DNA of 64,000 bases from Paecilomyces variotii. Taxonomy: Eukaryota. The translations under genes and the position numbers were made by a program. Below the pieces are notes generated by a model. The model was not told where the DNA came from. It worked only from the letters and a program-made list of their open reading frames with translations, and made no database searches. The stretch is taken from NCBI GenBank assembly GCA_004022145.1, contig RCNU01000007.1; one strand, 5' to 3'. Shown piece by piece: positions 40,925-52,131 of the stretch. Every line of letters begins with the position of its first letter. Position 1 is the first letter of the stretch.

Positions 40925-42424
40925 ATGGCCCGCTCAGCAATTATCTACCAAAACTCTGCGAAAACAATATTTCTCGTTGATATCCCTACTTCTATCGCCG
41001 TTGCTCAGGATATACCCATACCTGACATAGCAGAACAAAAAGGAAAGGAAGAAAGCCAAAGTACCAGCGCAACCAGCAGCCACAAAACAGCTAAAAAACC
41101 CCCAACTCTTTTTCGACAAAGACATATCCTCTCCGCACGGCCTCTAAAGACCCCATATCCATCACCGCCAGAGCCGAAGACAGAAGCTGCGCGTAAAAGG
41201 GTCCTAGAACGGATTCCTTCAGAGGAACGTGCTCTTCATGCTGATGTTTTCGGACCTCTTGTCAAAGATGCCTTGAGGGAACTTAAACAGAGTGAGCATG
41301 TGTGGGGTTTGTGGTGTCTTGCTCGATGTCTGGTTGACGAGGACGAAGATGACTCCCGAAGGGCGAAGAGGAGACTTTTGAATGAGCTTGAAGTGTCCTC
41401 TTGTTCCACCATGTCTACTAGGAATGCGACTCAGTCGCCTCCGTTAATCCTATCGCCAGGCGATAATGGTTTTCAGTCCTTATCGGAACTTCAGAATGTT
41501 TTAGTCAAGAACACATCTACTGTCTCAGCGAGAGTGAAAGTGAAAGATTTCCCTGACTCTGGGAACAGGGACGAGATCCAGAACCAGCAATCGGAAAACA
41601 TCACATTTACAATCCCGCCAGAATCGGCCTTTATCCTTAGTACTCTGTCCATGGAGTCGCTGCTATCAGTGTCATCAACCCGACAGAAACCTATCCCGGG
41701 GATACCACCGGGCCAGAAATTCAACCTTATACTTCTAGACCCACCCTGGCCAAACCGTTCAGTTCGTCGATCTTCGCATTATGCAACACATTCATATTCT
41801 GATATGGATACTTTGACGAGGTACATCGAAGCGATCTTACGGAATTATCTACATGAGCCTGGTGGTATTTCTTCCGTAAGACAACAACAACAACAACAAC
41901 CGGACGCCACAGAACCCTATGAAAAGTCCATAGCAGCTATTTGGGTAACAAATACCGCGAAGTCGAGAAAGGCCGCATATGACGCCATGCTAGGTGCAGG
42001 ACTGTCCATTACGGAAGAATGGATATGGGTGAAGACGACGGTGGATGGAGAGCCTGTTTCGCCGATCGACGGTCTATGGCGGAAGCCGTATGAGGTTCTC
42101 GTTATCGGCCAGAGATATCATCCCAGAGAGCAAGAAGGGAGAGATCATGGGAGAGACGGTCCCATGCAGAGGAGAGTTATAGTAGCTGTTCCTGATATCC
42201 ATTCGCGGAAGCCGAATTTAAAGGAGTTATTTGAGATGATTTTCTTTTCCGAAGCATGTGCGCAGAAGGATAGTGAGAATGGGGAAGGGATGCGGAGACA
42301 TTCATATTCATCACGGGTCAAATATTCGGTTCTGGAGGTATTTGCGCGAAATCTCACGGCGGGGTGGTGGGCTTGTGGGAACGAGGTTTTGAAATTTAAT
42401 CAGGAGAAATGGTGGACTGAATAA
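40925..42424 (+). CDS. MT-A70 family N6-adenine methyltransferase, METTL4-like
   Basis: FNLILLDPPWPNRSVRR catalytic motif, AIWVTN, EEWIWVKTT..GEP, RKPYEVL, HSRKP, LEVFARNL..GWWACGNEVLKF; intronless ORF. Confidence 0.9.
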   Translation: MARSAIIYQNSAKTIFLVDIPTSIAVAQDIPIPDIAEQKGKEESQSTSATSSHKTAKKPPTLFRQRHILSARPLKTPYPSPPEPKTEAARKRVLERIPSEERALHADVFGPLVKDALRELKQSEHVWGLWCLARCLVDEDEDDSRRAKRRLLNELEVSSCSTMSTRNATQSPPLILSPGDNGFQSLSELQNVLVKNTSTVSARVKVKDFPDSGNRDEIQNQQSENITFTIPPESAFILSTLSMESLLSVSSTRQKPIPGIPPGQKFNLILLDPPWPNRSVRRSSHYATHSYSDMDTLTRYIEAILRNYLHEPGGISSVRQQQQQQPDATEPYEKSIAAIWVTNTAKSRKAAYDAMLGAGLSITEEWIWVKTTVDGEPVSPIDGLWRKPYEVLVIGQRYHPREQEGRDHGRDGPMQRRVIVAVPDIHSRKPNLKELFEMIFFSEACAQKDSENGEGMRRHSYSSRVKYSVLEVFARNLTAGWWACGNEVLKFNQEKWWTE

Positions 42425-43270
42425 TAATGACTGTGCTGTATAGATATCTAGATACATGTGGACTGTATCTTTTCATTTGTTTTCAAAGTCCATATTCCAT
42501 CGCATGTGGATTGGGAGTAAACTACTTAGCGATATATACTTAACTAGGTCCTCAGGAGTTCAATTATATAAGGGAAGTTAGTCGGACAGGTTATTACTCT
42601 CTAGTCTTTTTTGGACGAAAGGTCGTAGATATTAAGACAGGCCGCTTGTATCCCTTACAAGTACTCAAGAGTAGAAGAGATGTTGGTTTCAGAAGGATAT
42701 ATCCCCGATAAGATTCCAGTCTCTTAGAGTGGGAATTTCCTTATGTTTCATTTATTCAGTGCTTTTCCATCAATAGCTTCTGGAGTTCCCCAGGCTTGTA
42801 TAATGCCAAAAAAAAAGAAGAAGAAGAAGAAGAAAACATGTCTAACTTGATTTTTATAGTCTTGGTATTGAGTGCCTTCGTCTTCGGGGAAGAAAAGCCT
42901 TATCCCAGGTAGTAGAGTACATTAATACTGTAATGTAACGAATAAGCTACTTCAAGTTAATGCTCTCCGATTTGTAATCATTGTTGCATGGTTTTTATTA
43001 ATGATACATGCCACTGACAATATCACCAGTAATATAATGCTTGGTGCCGCGAGCACGCCCTTGAGCGTTTGTTTCAACAAAAATGAATACTAACAGTGAG
43101 CAGGAGCTAAACGCAGGAAGTACTGTTTTGATTTATAAAGTGACAGGCTAGTTAGTTACTCAATTCAGCTGTATTTACTAAGGCGACAAAGGCCAACTAA
43201 CTACCTAGGTATCTGCCAGGTTCCTATTTCTGGGAAGAAAAGTCCAAGACCGAGCCATTTTGATACAAGC

Positions 43271-44323
43271 TCAGACAGTAACAGTGCCATATGAGTGATT
43301 CATCTTCTGCAGATAGTGCTCACCAGCCGTGATGCCCTTATACTTCTGCGGCCGCGTCTCCGTGATACACGACGGCAGCGTTTCCATCACGATGTCGAAG
43401 TTCGCCCCGAAAAAGAACGGGATGGAGAACCGCTCAGTACCAGAGCGGTTCACGGCACGATGCAAGGTAGACACAAAGATGTTGTTAGTCCAGATAGAGA
43501 GAGCATCGCCGATGTTGACCACGAAGGTGCCCTCGATGGGTGGAGCTGGCACCCACACGCCATCTGCGTTCACAACCTCGAGGGCAATCGCACCTCCAGT
43601 CTGGTAAAGGATAGTAAACAGTTCGTGGTCGGTGTGTGCCTGAATCGCAGAATGGACGTCAGGCTTTTCTGCAACCCTGTCCGCGTAGTAATTCATCGAC
43701 AGCATAGACCACGGTCGGTCAATCATGTTTTCGAAGAAACGTTCGTCGAGCTTGAGCGACAAGGCAAAGATTCGGGTGAGCTTCCTGCTCAAGGCTAACA
43801 ATTCACCAAAATACTGGCCCACAGCTGCCTTAAAACCTGGAAGCTCGTCCTCCTTCGGCCACTGGTTAGCTGCGTCCTGCTGAGGATCGACCTTGGCACC
43901 AAACTCGCGGTCAAAGGCTGCTTCTCGACCAAACAAGATGGACTCGAACAGATGGATCCGGTTGGCGCCAGGTTGCTTTTCCTTTTCAAAAGGTGAGTAG
44001 CCCAGATGCTGCTCGTTCCGGCTGCGGGATAAGCGCGTCTTCTGTTCCAGCGAGAGGTCCTTGAAGAATCGACCAGCTTCACCAGTAATCTTCTCCAGGG
44101 ATGACGACGCGATGCCATGATTCTTGATATAGAAGAAGCCCACCCGCGTACAGGCGTCGTAAATCTTACTTGCCAGTGCCTCCCGCTTGCTCAAGTCTGG
44201 GTTATCAATGTCCGTTATGTCGATAATGGGAAGTTCTTGGAAGGTCGTCGTCGTGTCCGGCTCTCGCACCTTACGGGCCTCCATGATGGAGCCAATCTCG
44301 ATCTGGGCGGCGGTGGTCGTCAT
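43271..44323 (-). CDS. 2-oxoglutarate/Fe(II) dioxygenase (DIOX_N + 2OG-FeII_Oxy; IPNS/thymine-7-hydroxylase-like fold), intronless
   Basis: LPIIDI..ACTRVGFFYIKNHGI, NQWP, HxD triad AHTDHE, VVNIGD, STLHRA and RFSIPFF (RxS). Confidence 0.93.
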   Translation of the reverse strand: MTTTAAQIEIGSIMEARKVREPDTTTTFQELPIIDITDIDNPDLSKREALASKIYDACTRVGFFYIKNHGIASSSLEKITGEAGRFFKDLSLEQKTRLSRSRNEQHLGYSPFEKEKQPGANRIHLFESILFGREAAFDREFGAKVDPQQDAANQWPKEDELPGFKAAVGQYFGELLALSRKLTRIFALSLKLDERFFENMIDRPWSMLSMNYYADRVAEKPDVHSAIQAHTDHELFTILYQTGGAIALEVVNADGVWVPAPPIEGTFVVNIGDALSIWTNNIFVSTLHRAVNRSGTERFSIPFFFGANFDIVMETLPSCITETRPQKYKGITAGEHYLQKMNHSYGTVTV

Positions 44324-45371
44324 GGCGAGAGACTTACTATCAGGGAGACAGGACGTTGGTTTCCTCTTTCTTCTGATGTGCTTTCCAGACTCGAATAATG
44401 CCAGCGAAGGAGCTTGATCTTCGTCCCCCCCTAAATATCTTGAGTTGCCGTCGACATACGTTTCATTTTAGCTTCTGGACCATCGAACTGACCTGCATCT
44501 CGTACCTATAGAAGACCAGATCACTGACGATTTGGACATCGGAGATAACCTATCGTTCTTGTTGCCCCACCTTTTGATCGATGGACCAAGCCGTTATCAA
44601 TATATCAATAATGTAGCCGATCTGGCCTTCCCATGGATTCCCATCACAGCTCGAACTCCGCACCCCCACTTAATTTGACAAGGCTAAGTATAATGCGGGT
44701 TCGGTTAGAAGGTAATATCACTATAAGAATTCCTTCTAACCCTAAAATAGGACACGATATATCTGAGTGGCGCTTTTCATGATATAAGTGCTAACACTTA
44801 TAGTAGCAAAAAGGTCTACGTTCAGCTTATCAGTAGCACTCTTATGGAAACCGAGTCTTCGCCATAGTTGTCGAGTTTTCGTGCTAGAAATCAGGCAAAG
44901 CCATTGTCTCAATATGATACGATGGGATCCTTTTTGCCCGAACGCTTATCGATTGCTACGGTGGGGGTACAGGGGTACATGAGTATTTACCCCCGATCTT
45001 CTGTATCACCCCTGTAGCTTGTTGTGCCCTGCTTCTCGACGCAGCGAGTTGTATAGATACTGAATTAGCAGCAGCGGGAGGTCATAACTTCTGATCTAGC
45101 GCTAAATTCAATACTTAAGTGGTCCTGATTGGGATACATAATAATATTGCAACGCCAAAATTATTTGTGCAATATTATTATTGATCTCAAGGGCTGGATT
45201 TCTATTGCATTTGTCCATTTTCATTAAAATAAGTGATCTAATTTATGAGGAAAGCGAAGACATTTGGCTTTCCAAGGTTGACTATGCGAGTTTCCTTATA
45301 AAGATTAGCGTACGATAACTAACTAGCGCTGCATCAGAACTTACCTATGACCTCTCACTGTATTAGTATAC

Positions 45372-45600
45372 TGATAAGACTGTCGAGATAGAGCATGGGT
45401 ATGGCAATAACCGGGATTTTTATTCGTCAGCAGGGAGAATCAGCCAGATAGCTGCTGGTAAAAAGACAATTTGATTTAGCTCTTCGGCGGTAGGAGGTGC
45501 TCATCCATCCTTGTTTAGTTATCTTCCTATCGCCTTTATTGAGTGTGATTCTAGTCATTTATCATTATCATATTCCTCAAAAGTGGTGTACGCGTTATCT
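45372..45600. promoter_or_regulatory. Cluster of HGATAR (GATA factor/AreA-type) sites upstream of the permease; TATA-like run at 45761-45770
   Basis: TGATAA 45372, AGATAG 45386 and 45446, TTATCT 45519, TTATCA 45559 and 45565, TTATCT 45595. Confidence 0.5.
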
Positions 45601-45839
45601 CACGTTTTGGTCGCATTATTACTGAGAATCAGCATATCTGTTATTCTGGTTCAGTGGTTAGCAGCAAGTGTGGTAAAAGATGTCTCGTTGTTTGTCGATA
45701 TTTCATATTCAGGACTCGATGTTAAGGCTCAGAAAGACATATCATTGAACTGCCAGAATCTATATATATATCTACTAGATTAGAGACTAGGCAGTTCTGG
45801 CTGGCTGCCTGCTACACTTCTCAGCGCTGAACATGCAAA

Positions 45840-47357
45840 ATGTCGGACATCGAGAAACAGCTTTCCGAGATCCCTCAACCGGCATCCAAAAGCGAAGTAA
45901 TCACTGGATATACTGAGGAGATCAAGACATACGACTCGCGAATCTGGAAGTTTGTCCGGTTTCTCCATGCCGAGGAGACCGGCGTTGAACGCATCCCAGA
46001 TGACTTGAGGACAAATCACAGCGAGTATTCCATAGGAATCCTCTTTACAGCCATCAACATGGTGTACCTGGGAATCTCTATTGGGGTGAATGGGATTACT
46101 GCCTATGGCCTCACATTCTGGGATTCGGTCTTGTGCATTATATTTTTTAATATCATCGGCTTCCTTCCCGTGGCGTATATGTGTACATTTGGTCCAACAT
46201 TTGGGATGCGCCAGATGGTGGTCTCTCGCTTCTGGGTTGGCTACCAGACCATGAGACTCTTTGCTGCAATTAATTCATGCATTTGCATCGGATGGGCAGT
46301 GCTGAATCTAGTTGCTGGAGCGAATCTGCTGCACACTCTGGGTCACAGCGCATTACCTCCGTGGGCAGCGATTATAATCATGACGGTGGGCACATTGTTT
46401 GTGACTGCCCTGGGGTACAAGGCCATCCACCTCTTTGAACGGTGGGCCTGGATACCAACATTTCTAGTTACATTCGTTATTATTGCGAGAGTTAAGATAT
46501 CAGGCTCATTCTCACCCGGATATATGTCTGCTGGGCGTGCAGAGGCGGGTGCGGTACTCTCATACGGTGCAGCCCTGTTCGGTAATGCGTCCGGCTGGAC
46601 CTTATTCGCCTGTGATTACACCGCATATATGAAGACGACTACCTCAAAATTGAAGCTGTCTTGCTCTGTCATGTTCGGTTGCTTATTTACGACGATGTTT
46701 CTGCAACTGGTCGGGGTATCGGCCGCAGCCTGCTTGAATTCGAATCCACTCTACAAGAAGATGTATGACGAGTTTGGAGCCGGCGGACTCTTCTATGCCA
46801 TTCTGGTTGAGGACTCTCTGGGACGCTTTGGCCAGTTTTGCATTGTCCTACTGGCTCTGACCTTGACTACATGCAACATAGCATGCGTATACTCCTCGTC
46901 TCTTTCTGCACAGGCAGTCTGCTCTAGGTTTCGACTTCTCCCTCGATTTTATTGGGTTCTACTAGCCAACGCTGTTGCGCTAGGCGTAAGCATACCATGC
47001 TACTATCGGTTCACAGAAGTACTGTATGATTTCATGAGTCTTCTCTCATATTTCATATCACTCTATATCGGCATCGTTCTATCCGAGCACTTCCTATACC
47101 GACGTCAACGTGGCTATGCACCGGATACTTACATGGCTCCGGAAAAACTTCCTGTTAGCTATGCAGCTCTGTTTGCCTTCTGCTGCGGGGTTGCAGGCGC
47201 CGTTATCGGTATGAGCGAAGCGTGGTGGACAGGGCCTCTGGCGAAAGCGATCAGTGAAGATGTCCCAGGAGACATTGGGTTTCAATTATCATTTGCATTT
47301 GCATTTATAGGACATGCGAGTAGTCGGTGGGCGGAGCTGAAATACATAGGAAGATAG
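45840..47357 (+). CDS. Purine-cytosine permease family (NCS1, Fcy2/Tpn1-like) transporter, intronless
   Basis: About 12 TM segments; EETGVERIP, GPTFGMRQMVVSR, GW..FACDY..YM, FGQFCIVLLAL, GDIGF, ELKYIGR. Confidence 0.92.
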   Translation: MSDIEKQLSEIPQPASKSEVITGYTEEIKTYDSRIWKFVRFLHAEETGVERIPDDLRTNHSEYSIGILFTAINMVYLGISIGVNGITAYGLTFWDSVLCIIFFNIIGFLPVAYMCTFGPTFGMRQMVVSRFWVGYQTMRLFAAINSCICIGWAVLNLVAGANLLHTLGHSALPPWAAIIIMTVGTLFVTALGYKAIHLFERWAWIPTFLVTFVIIARVKISGSFSPGYMSAGRAEAGAVLSYGAALFGNASGWTLFACDYTAYMKTTTSKLKLSCSVMFGCLFTTMFLQLVGVSAAACLNSNPLYKKMYDEFGAGGLFYAILVEDSLGRFGQFCIVLLALTLTTCNIACVYSSSLSAQAVCSRFRLLPRFYWVLLANAVALGVSIPCYYRFTEVLYDFMSLLSYFISLYIGIVLSEHFLYRRQRGYAPDTYMAPEKLPVSYAALFAFCCGVAGAVIGMSEAWWTGPLAKAISEDVPGDIGFQLSFAFAFIGHASSRWAELKYIGR

Positions 47358-48007
47358 GTGTATGCGCAATAATACTATCAGACCTTTTACTGTTATAATT
47401 TTTTTTATATCGATCTCGTTCGTCTCTTTCTAGATTCCGAGCAAATAGCAATTTTGTAAACAGTCATATAAGATACGTATTTTCTCGGGGAAAGGAGGGC
47501 GTTAACACCAAATGATATAGTATGAAAACAACAAGCTGATGTTTTATTTCTTTTCTATGGACATCTATTGCACGATACAGTATTTGGCTTTGTGGGTCGG
47601 TCTGGTTCCGAACCCACGCTGGGATTTCTCCCGATTGCTGAATTTAAGGGCCTATCTTCATCCTTAAGTCCCAGACTTTATATGCCGAATACAGCTCTAG
47701 GCCATATGATGTATTGTTGCATTAGTCAATATCAGCGTTCGAACATATGAACATTTCAGCTTTTTCCACGAGTGCTTTTATAAGCCCCCAATACGCCGCA
47801 CGCCGTCAGTTTAGATTATAATAAATCCAGCCAGCTCCGACATAGGTTCTTTCTCATCTCTAGCGATATACTAGTGTATATGTATATTCAGCTTACCCTG
47901 AGTAGCGGAACTGGATAATCACGCCTAGAATGGTCTTATGCTTCAATTATCTAGTGAGCGGTTAAATACTCCGTAGGTAAGTTTAGGTAGTTCAGGGAGA
48001 TTTTGCA

Positions 48008-48190
48008 TAGTGTTGGCATCGGGTTGGTTTGAGCCCAACTTAATTTAACCTAATCCGCTAAGATCTTTAGGTTAAGCTTAATTTTGTAGTTTGATCTGAC
48101 AGATTGGGTTTAGAAATTTGACCCAATTCAATCTGTGGGTTAGTTAGGCTACATTTAAAAGCTTAGCCTAACCCAGCGGGTGTCACGATT
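48008..48190. mobile_element. Degenerate non-autonomous DNA-transposon (hAT/MITE-like) relic
   Basis: Begins tagtgttggcatcgggttgg; many GGGTT/AACCC-like motifs in both orientations with internal palindromes; AT-rich; no ORF and no clean TIR pair. Confidence 0.4.
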
Positions 48191-48742
48191 TCCCCTAGAG
48201 AATAGGGGCTGCTAGGACATATAGTCAGTATAACCATGCTTAGGCGTAAACTAGTTATTGTGGTCTTTTAGTAGATCGGCGTCGATTTTACAGGTCCGGC
48301 ACTATTGTATGTACAGTACATATGGTTCGGCATCAAGGCTTTCATATTAGTTAACTTAACTGCCAGATGGCATGATCCTACGGGGAAAAAAAAAAGAAAT
48401 CTATCATCATCCTTGGCTACTAATCGGAAAGTTGCAGCATCCCATACCCGATACCCCGCACGTGTGCAGCATCCGATCCGTTTGCGCAGACTCATTCTGA
48501 GTTGCAAGTGCACGTTGATCTCATGATTGCGAAATGGACAGTTTTCGCGAGCGGGGATATATAAGCCAGGCCGATATTGGAAATGGGTGAATCAAAGAGG
48601 AAAAAGCATCATTAACAACTCTCTATTTTCGAAAATACTGCGCATCACAGGGGATAAAGTCCCTGAGGTCCACCACATTCCATTTGGTGGATGTATACTA
48701 TGCTTCATGTTATCTACATATATCTCAAATCTGACTGTGTAG

Positions 48743-49842
<1,100 letters not shown>

Positions 49843-50361
49843 GATTTAGCAGGTCCTCTTCCGCTCCATATTGACGCTATTGGCCTGTGTATATTCAGTG
49901 GGAATTGTGATACATGCTCACATGTTGGAACTCACCTGAATATCAGATAAAATACGGCTGCGCCGCTGAGATAAACAAAGACGCCTGAATACACGTAGGC
50001 GTAAGTGACAACAATTGTATATGTTTGTCCTCTCATATGTTCAAGTCCAGGACTGCTTGAGCGATGATACCGAACATAAGTACTTCCCGAGGTCTAGAAT
50101 TGAATTATCAAGGAATCATCGTATCCTCCACGCTAAAACTTTCCCCGCAATCCCCATAGTCACGACGGTACCCCTCCTTCGGCTAGCTAATTTTATATGT
50201 AGCTTTTTGCATGCAGCTCATAGTAGGGTTTGTTTTTTATTTTTTAACCTCAACTCCGCAAGCGCAAGATTACAACGCAGCGACACCGCCGCAACTACTC
50301 GGTCTACGGCGACATTACTTTCGACTTGCTTGATCAAGCTGGTGAACAGCCGCGTTGGGGG

Positions 50362-51282
50362 ATGGGTTCAACCGGCAATGACCGATTCAATGAGGAGGCG
50401 GCGACATGGGATAGCGATCCAACCGTCAACAAGGCAAGCGAGGAGGCGTTCAGAGCAATTGTAGATACCTTTCCGCAGCTTAGACAGAATGGAGGTCAGT
50501 AACTACTCTCTTGGACTGAGGTAGTATACATTCCCGCGATTATTTACTTGCACCATGCGTATGGGAAATACGTAGTTTGTTCACCACGTACTGGTCTTCT
50601 CTGTTTTATAACCATTACGCCCGAGCACCATATATAGTAGTCTGCTGACATTTTTCAAGAGGAAACCATTGACGTCTTGGAAATTGGCTGCGGCACTGGA
50701 CTACTGTCACTCCGCATCGCGCCACTCGTGCGGTCTCTTGTCTCTGTCGACGCAGCTCCAGGTATGATCACGGCCCTTGAGAGCAAGCTGCGTGATCCAT
50801 CAGCACCCAAGAACATCACTCCACTAGCTCTTATTCTCACCGATCCTTCTGATCGGAACCTCCCGCCGCAATCACCATCCAATCCAGAGGGCCCGCGGCG
50901 TCAATTCCATTTGATCCTCAGCCATCTGGTATTGCATCACATTCCAGATCTACGCGAGACCTTGCAAACCATGTACGACTGCCTCCTCCCAGAGGGATCG
51001 GTCGCCCTGACAGATTTCGAGGACTTTGGCCCCGAGGCGCGTCGTTTCCACCCTGAGTCAAAGATGGAGGGAGTGGAACGTCACGGTATTCATGCCGAGT
51101 CGTTTGCGCAATTGATGCGTGAAGTTGGCTTTGTCGATGTGGACGTGCGTCCGAAGTGGAAAGTGATAAAGGATGTTGAAAGGTTTCCCGGTGAATGGGG
51201 ACCTAAGAAGCCCTCTGGCGAAGGTGTCACTCTTGAGAAAATGGAATTCCCGTTCCTGCTATGTCGGGGAAAGAAAGCATGA
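50362..51282 (+). CDS. Class I SAM-dependent methyltransferase, intron 50495-50659
   Basis: MGSTGNDRFNEEAATWD..; motif I VLEIGCGTGLL, VDAAPGMI, FHLILSHLVLHHIPD, G.VALTDFE. Confidence 0.88.
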
Positions 51283-52131
51283 ACCTGAGCGAATTGGGTG
51301 CACAAGATGTTCCTCTCACTATCTTCGAAAGGCATCTACAAATTGACTGCTCAGGAATTATGTACATACAGTACTACAATTTCAGGTAAACATATTTAGC
51401 AAATGCGTACATTAATACAGACTGGTCGTCATCTCTGCCTTCTTAGTACGTTGCCGACTAACTGAGGATCTTTCTCAAGGAGGTGTATATGTACTGATCA
51501 CACTATATGGACTATTACTGTACCTGTTCATGGTCAACGCATATTAAGACCGAACATACGAGCCATTGATAAGCGACAGGCCGATGAAGCGGGAATGCAA
51601 GACCAGACAGGGTTCCAAAATAAAGACTTCCGTTATGTACTGGGACTATCAATGTATATGAAGCATACTTTCGATTGCCCCCGGATCCTTAATTAACGTA
51701 ATAGAGGCCAACTGAGTCTCGTTTCTGGTCCCAACCTGTTCGACTAGGCTGTTGATTACCGCTATCTTATTTTATAGAAGCACGACACGAGAACCCAGTA
51801 GTTACATTCGATATGTCCCGACTCCGGAACATGATCGTCAGAAATGATAAAGCCGACATTGACGTCCTGAACAAAGGTGTGATGTTCCCTTGATAAAGCC
51901 ATAAGGTACGGTTATCATCGGATATAGATCTAACAGTGGACCATATCTTATCGGCGCGGAAATTAAATGTGTTTCGATTTCTCCCCGCATTCGTCCCGAC
52001 ATCGGCATGAAGTCCGGTACTCATCTTGGTAGCTTTTCTATTGAGATTATTTTGCCAGGTACTTGCCAAATAATCGCGTAGAGATACTGCGCGCGTTTTT
52101 TCCCACGGAAGGTCTTCAAGCGCACTCAAAC

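Noticed and set aside
44385-44415. AATAATGCCAGCGAAGG resembles the 3' half of a TPP riboswitch
   Set aside because: No upstream GCTGAGA/CCTGAT core or P5 stem; it is antisense to the adjacent gene and not within an intron
44736-44745. CTAACCCTAA, like a telomerase RNA template or telomere repeat
   Set aside because: A single 10-mer that overlaps a hairpin arm in a promoter; no array and no other TER feature visible
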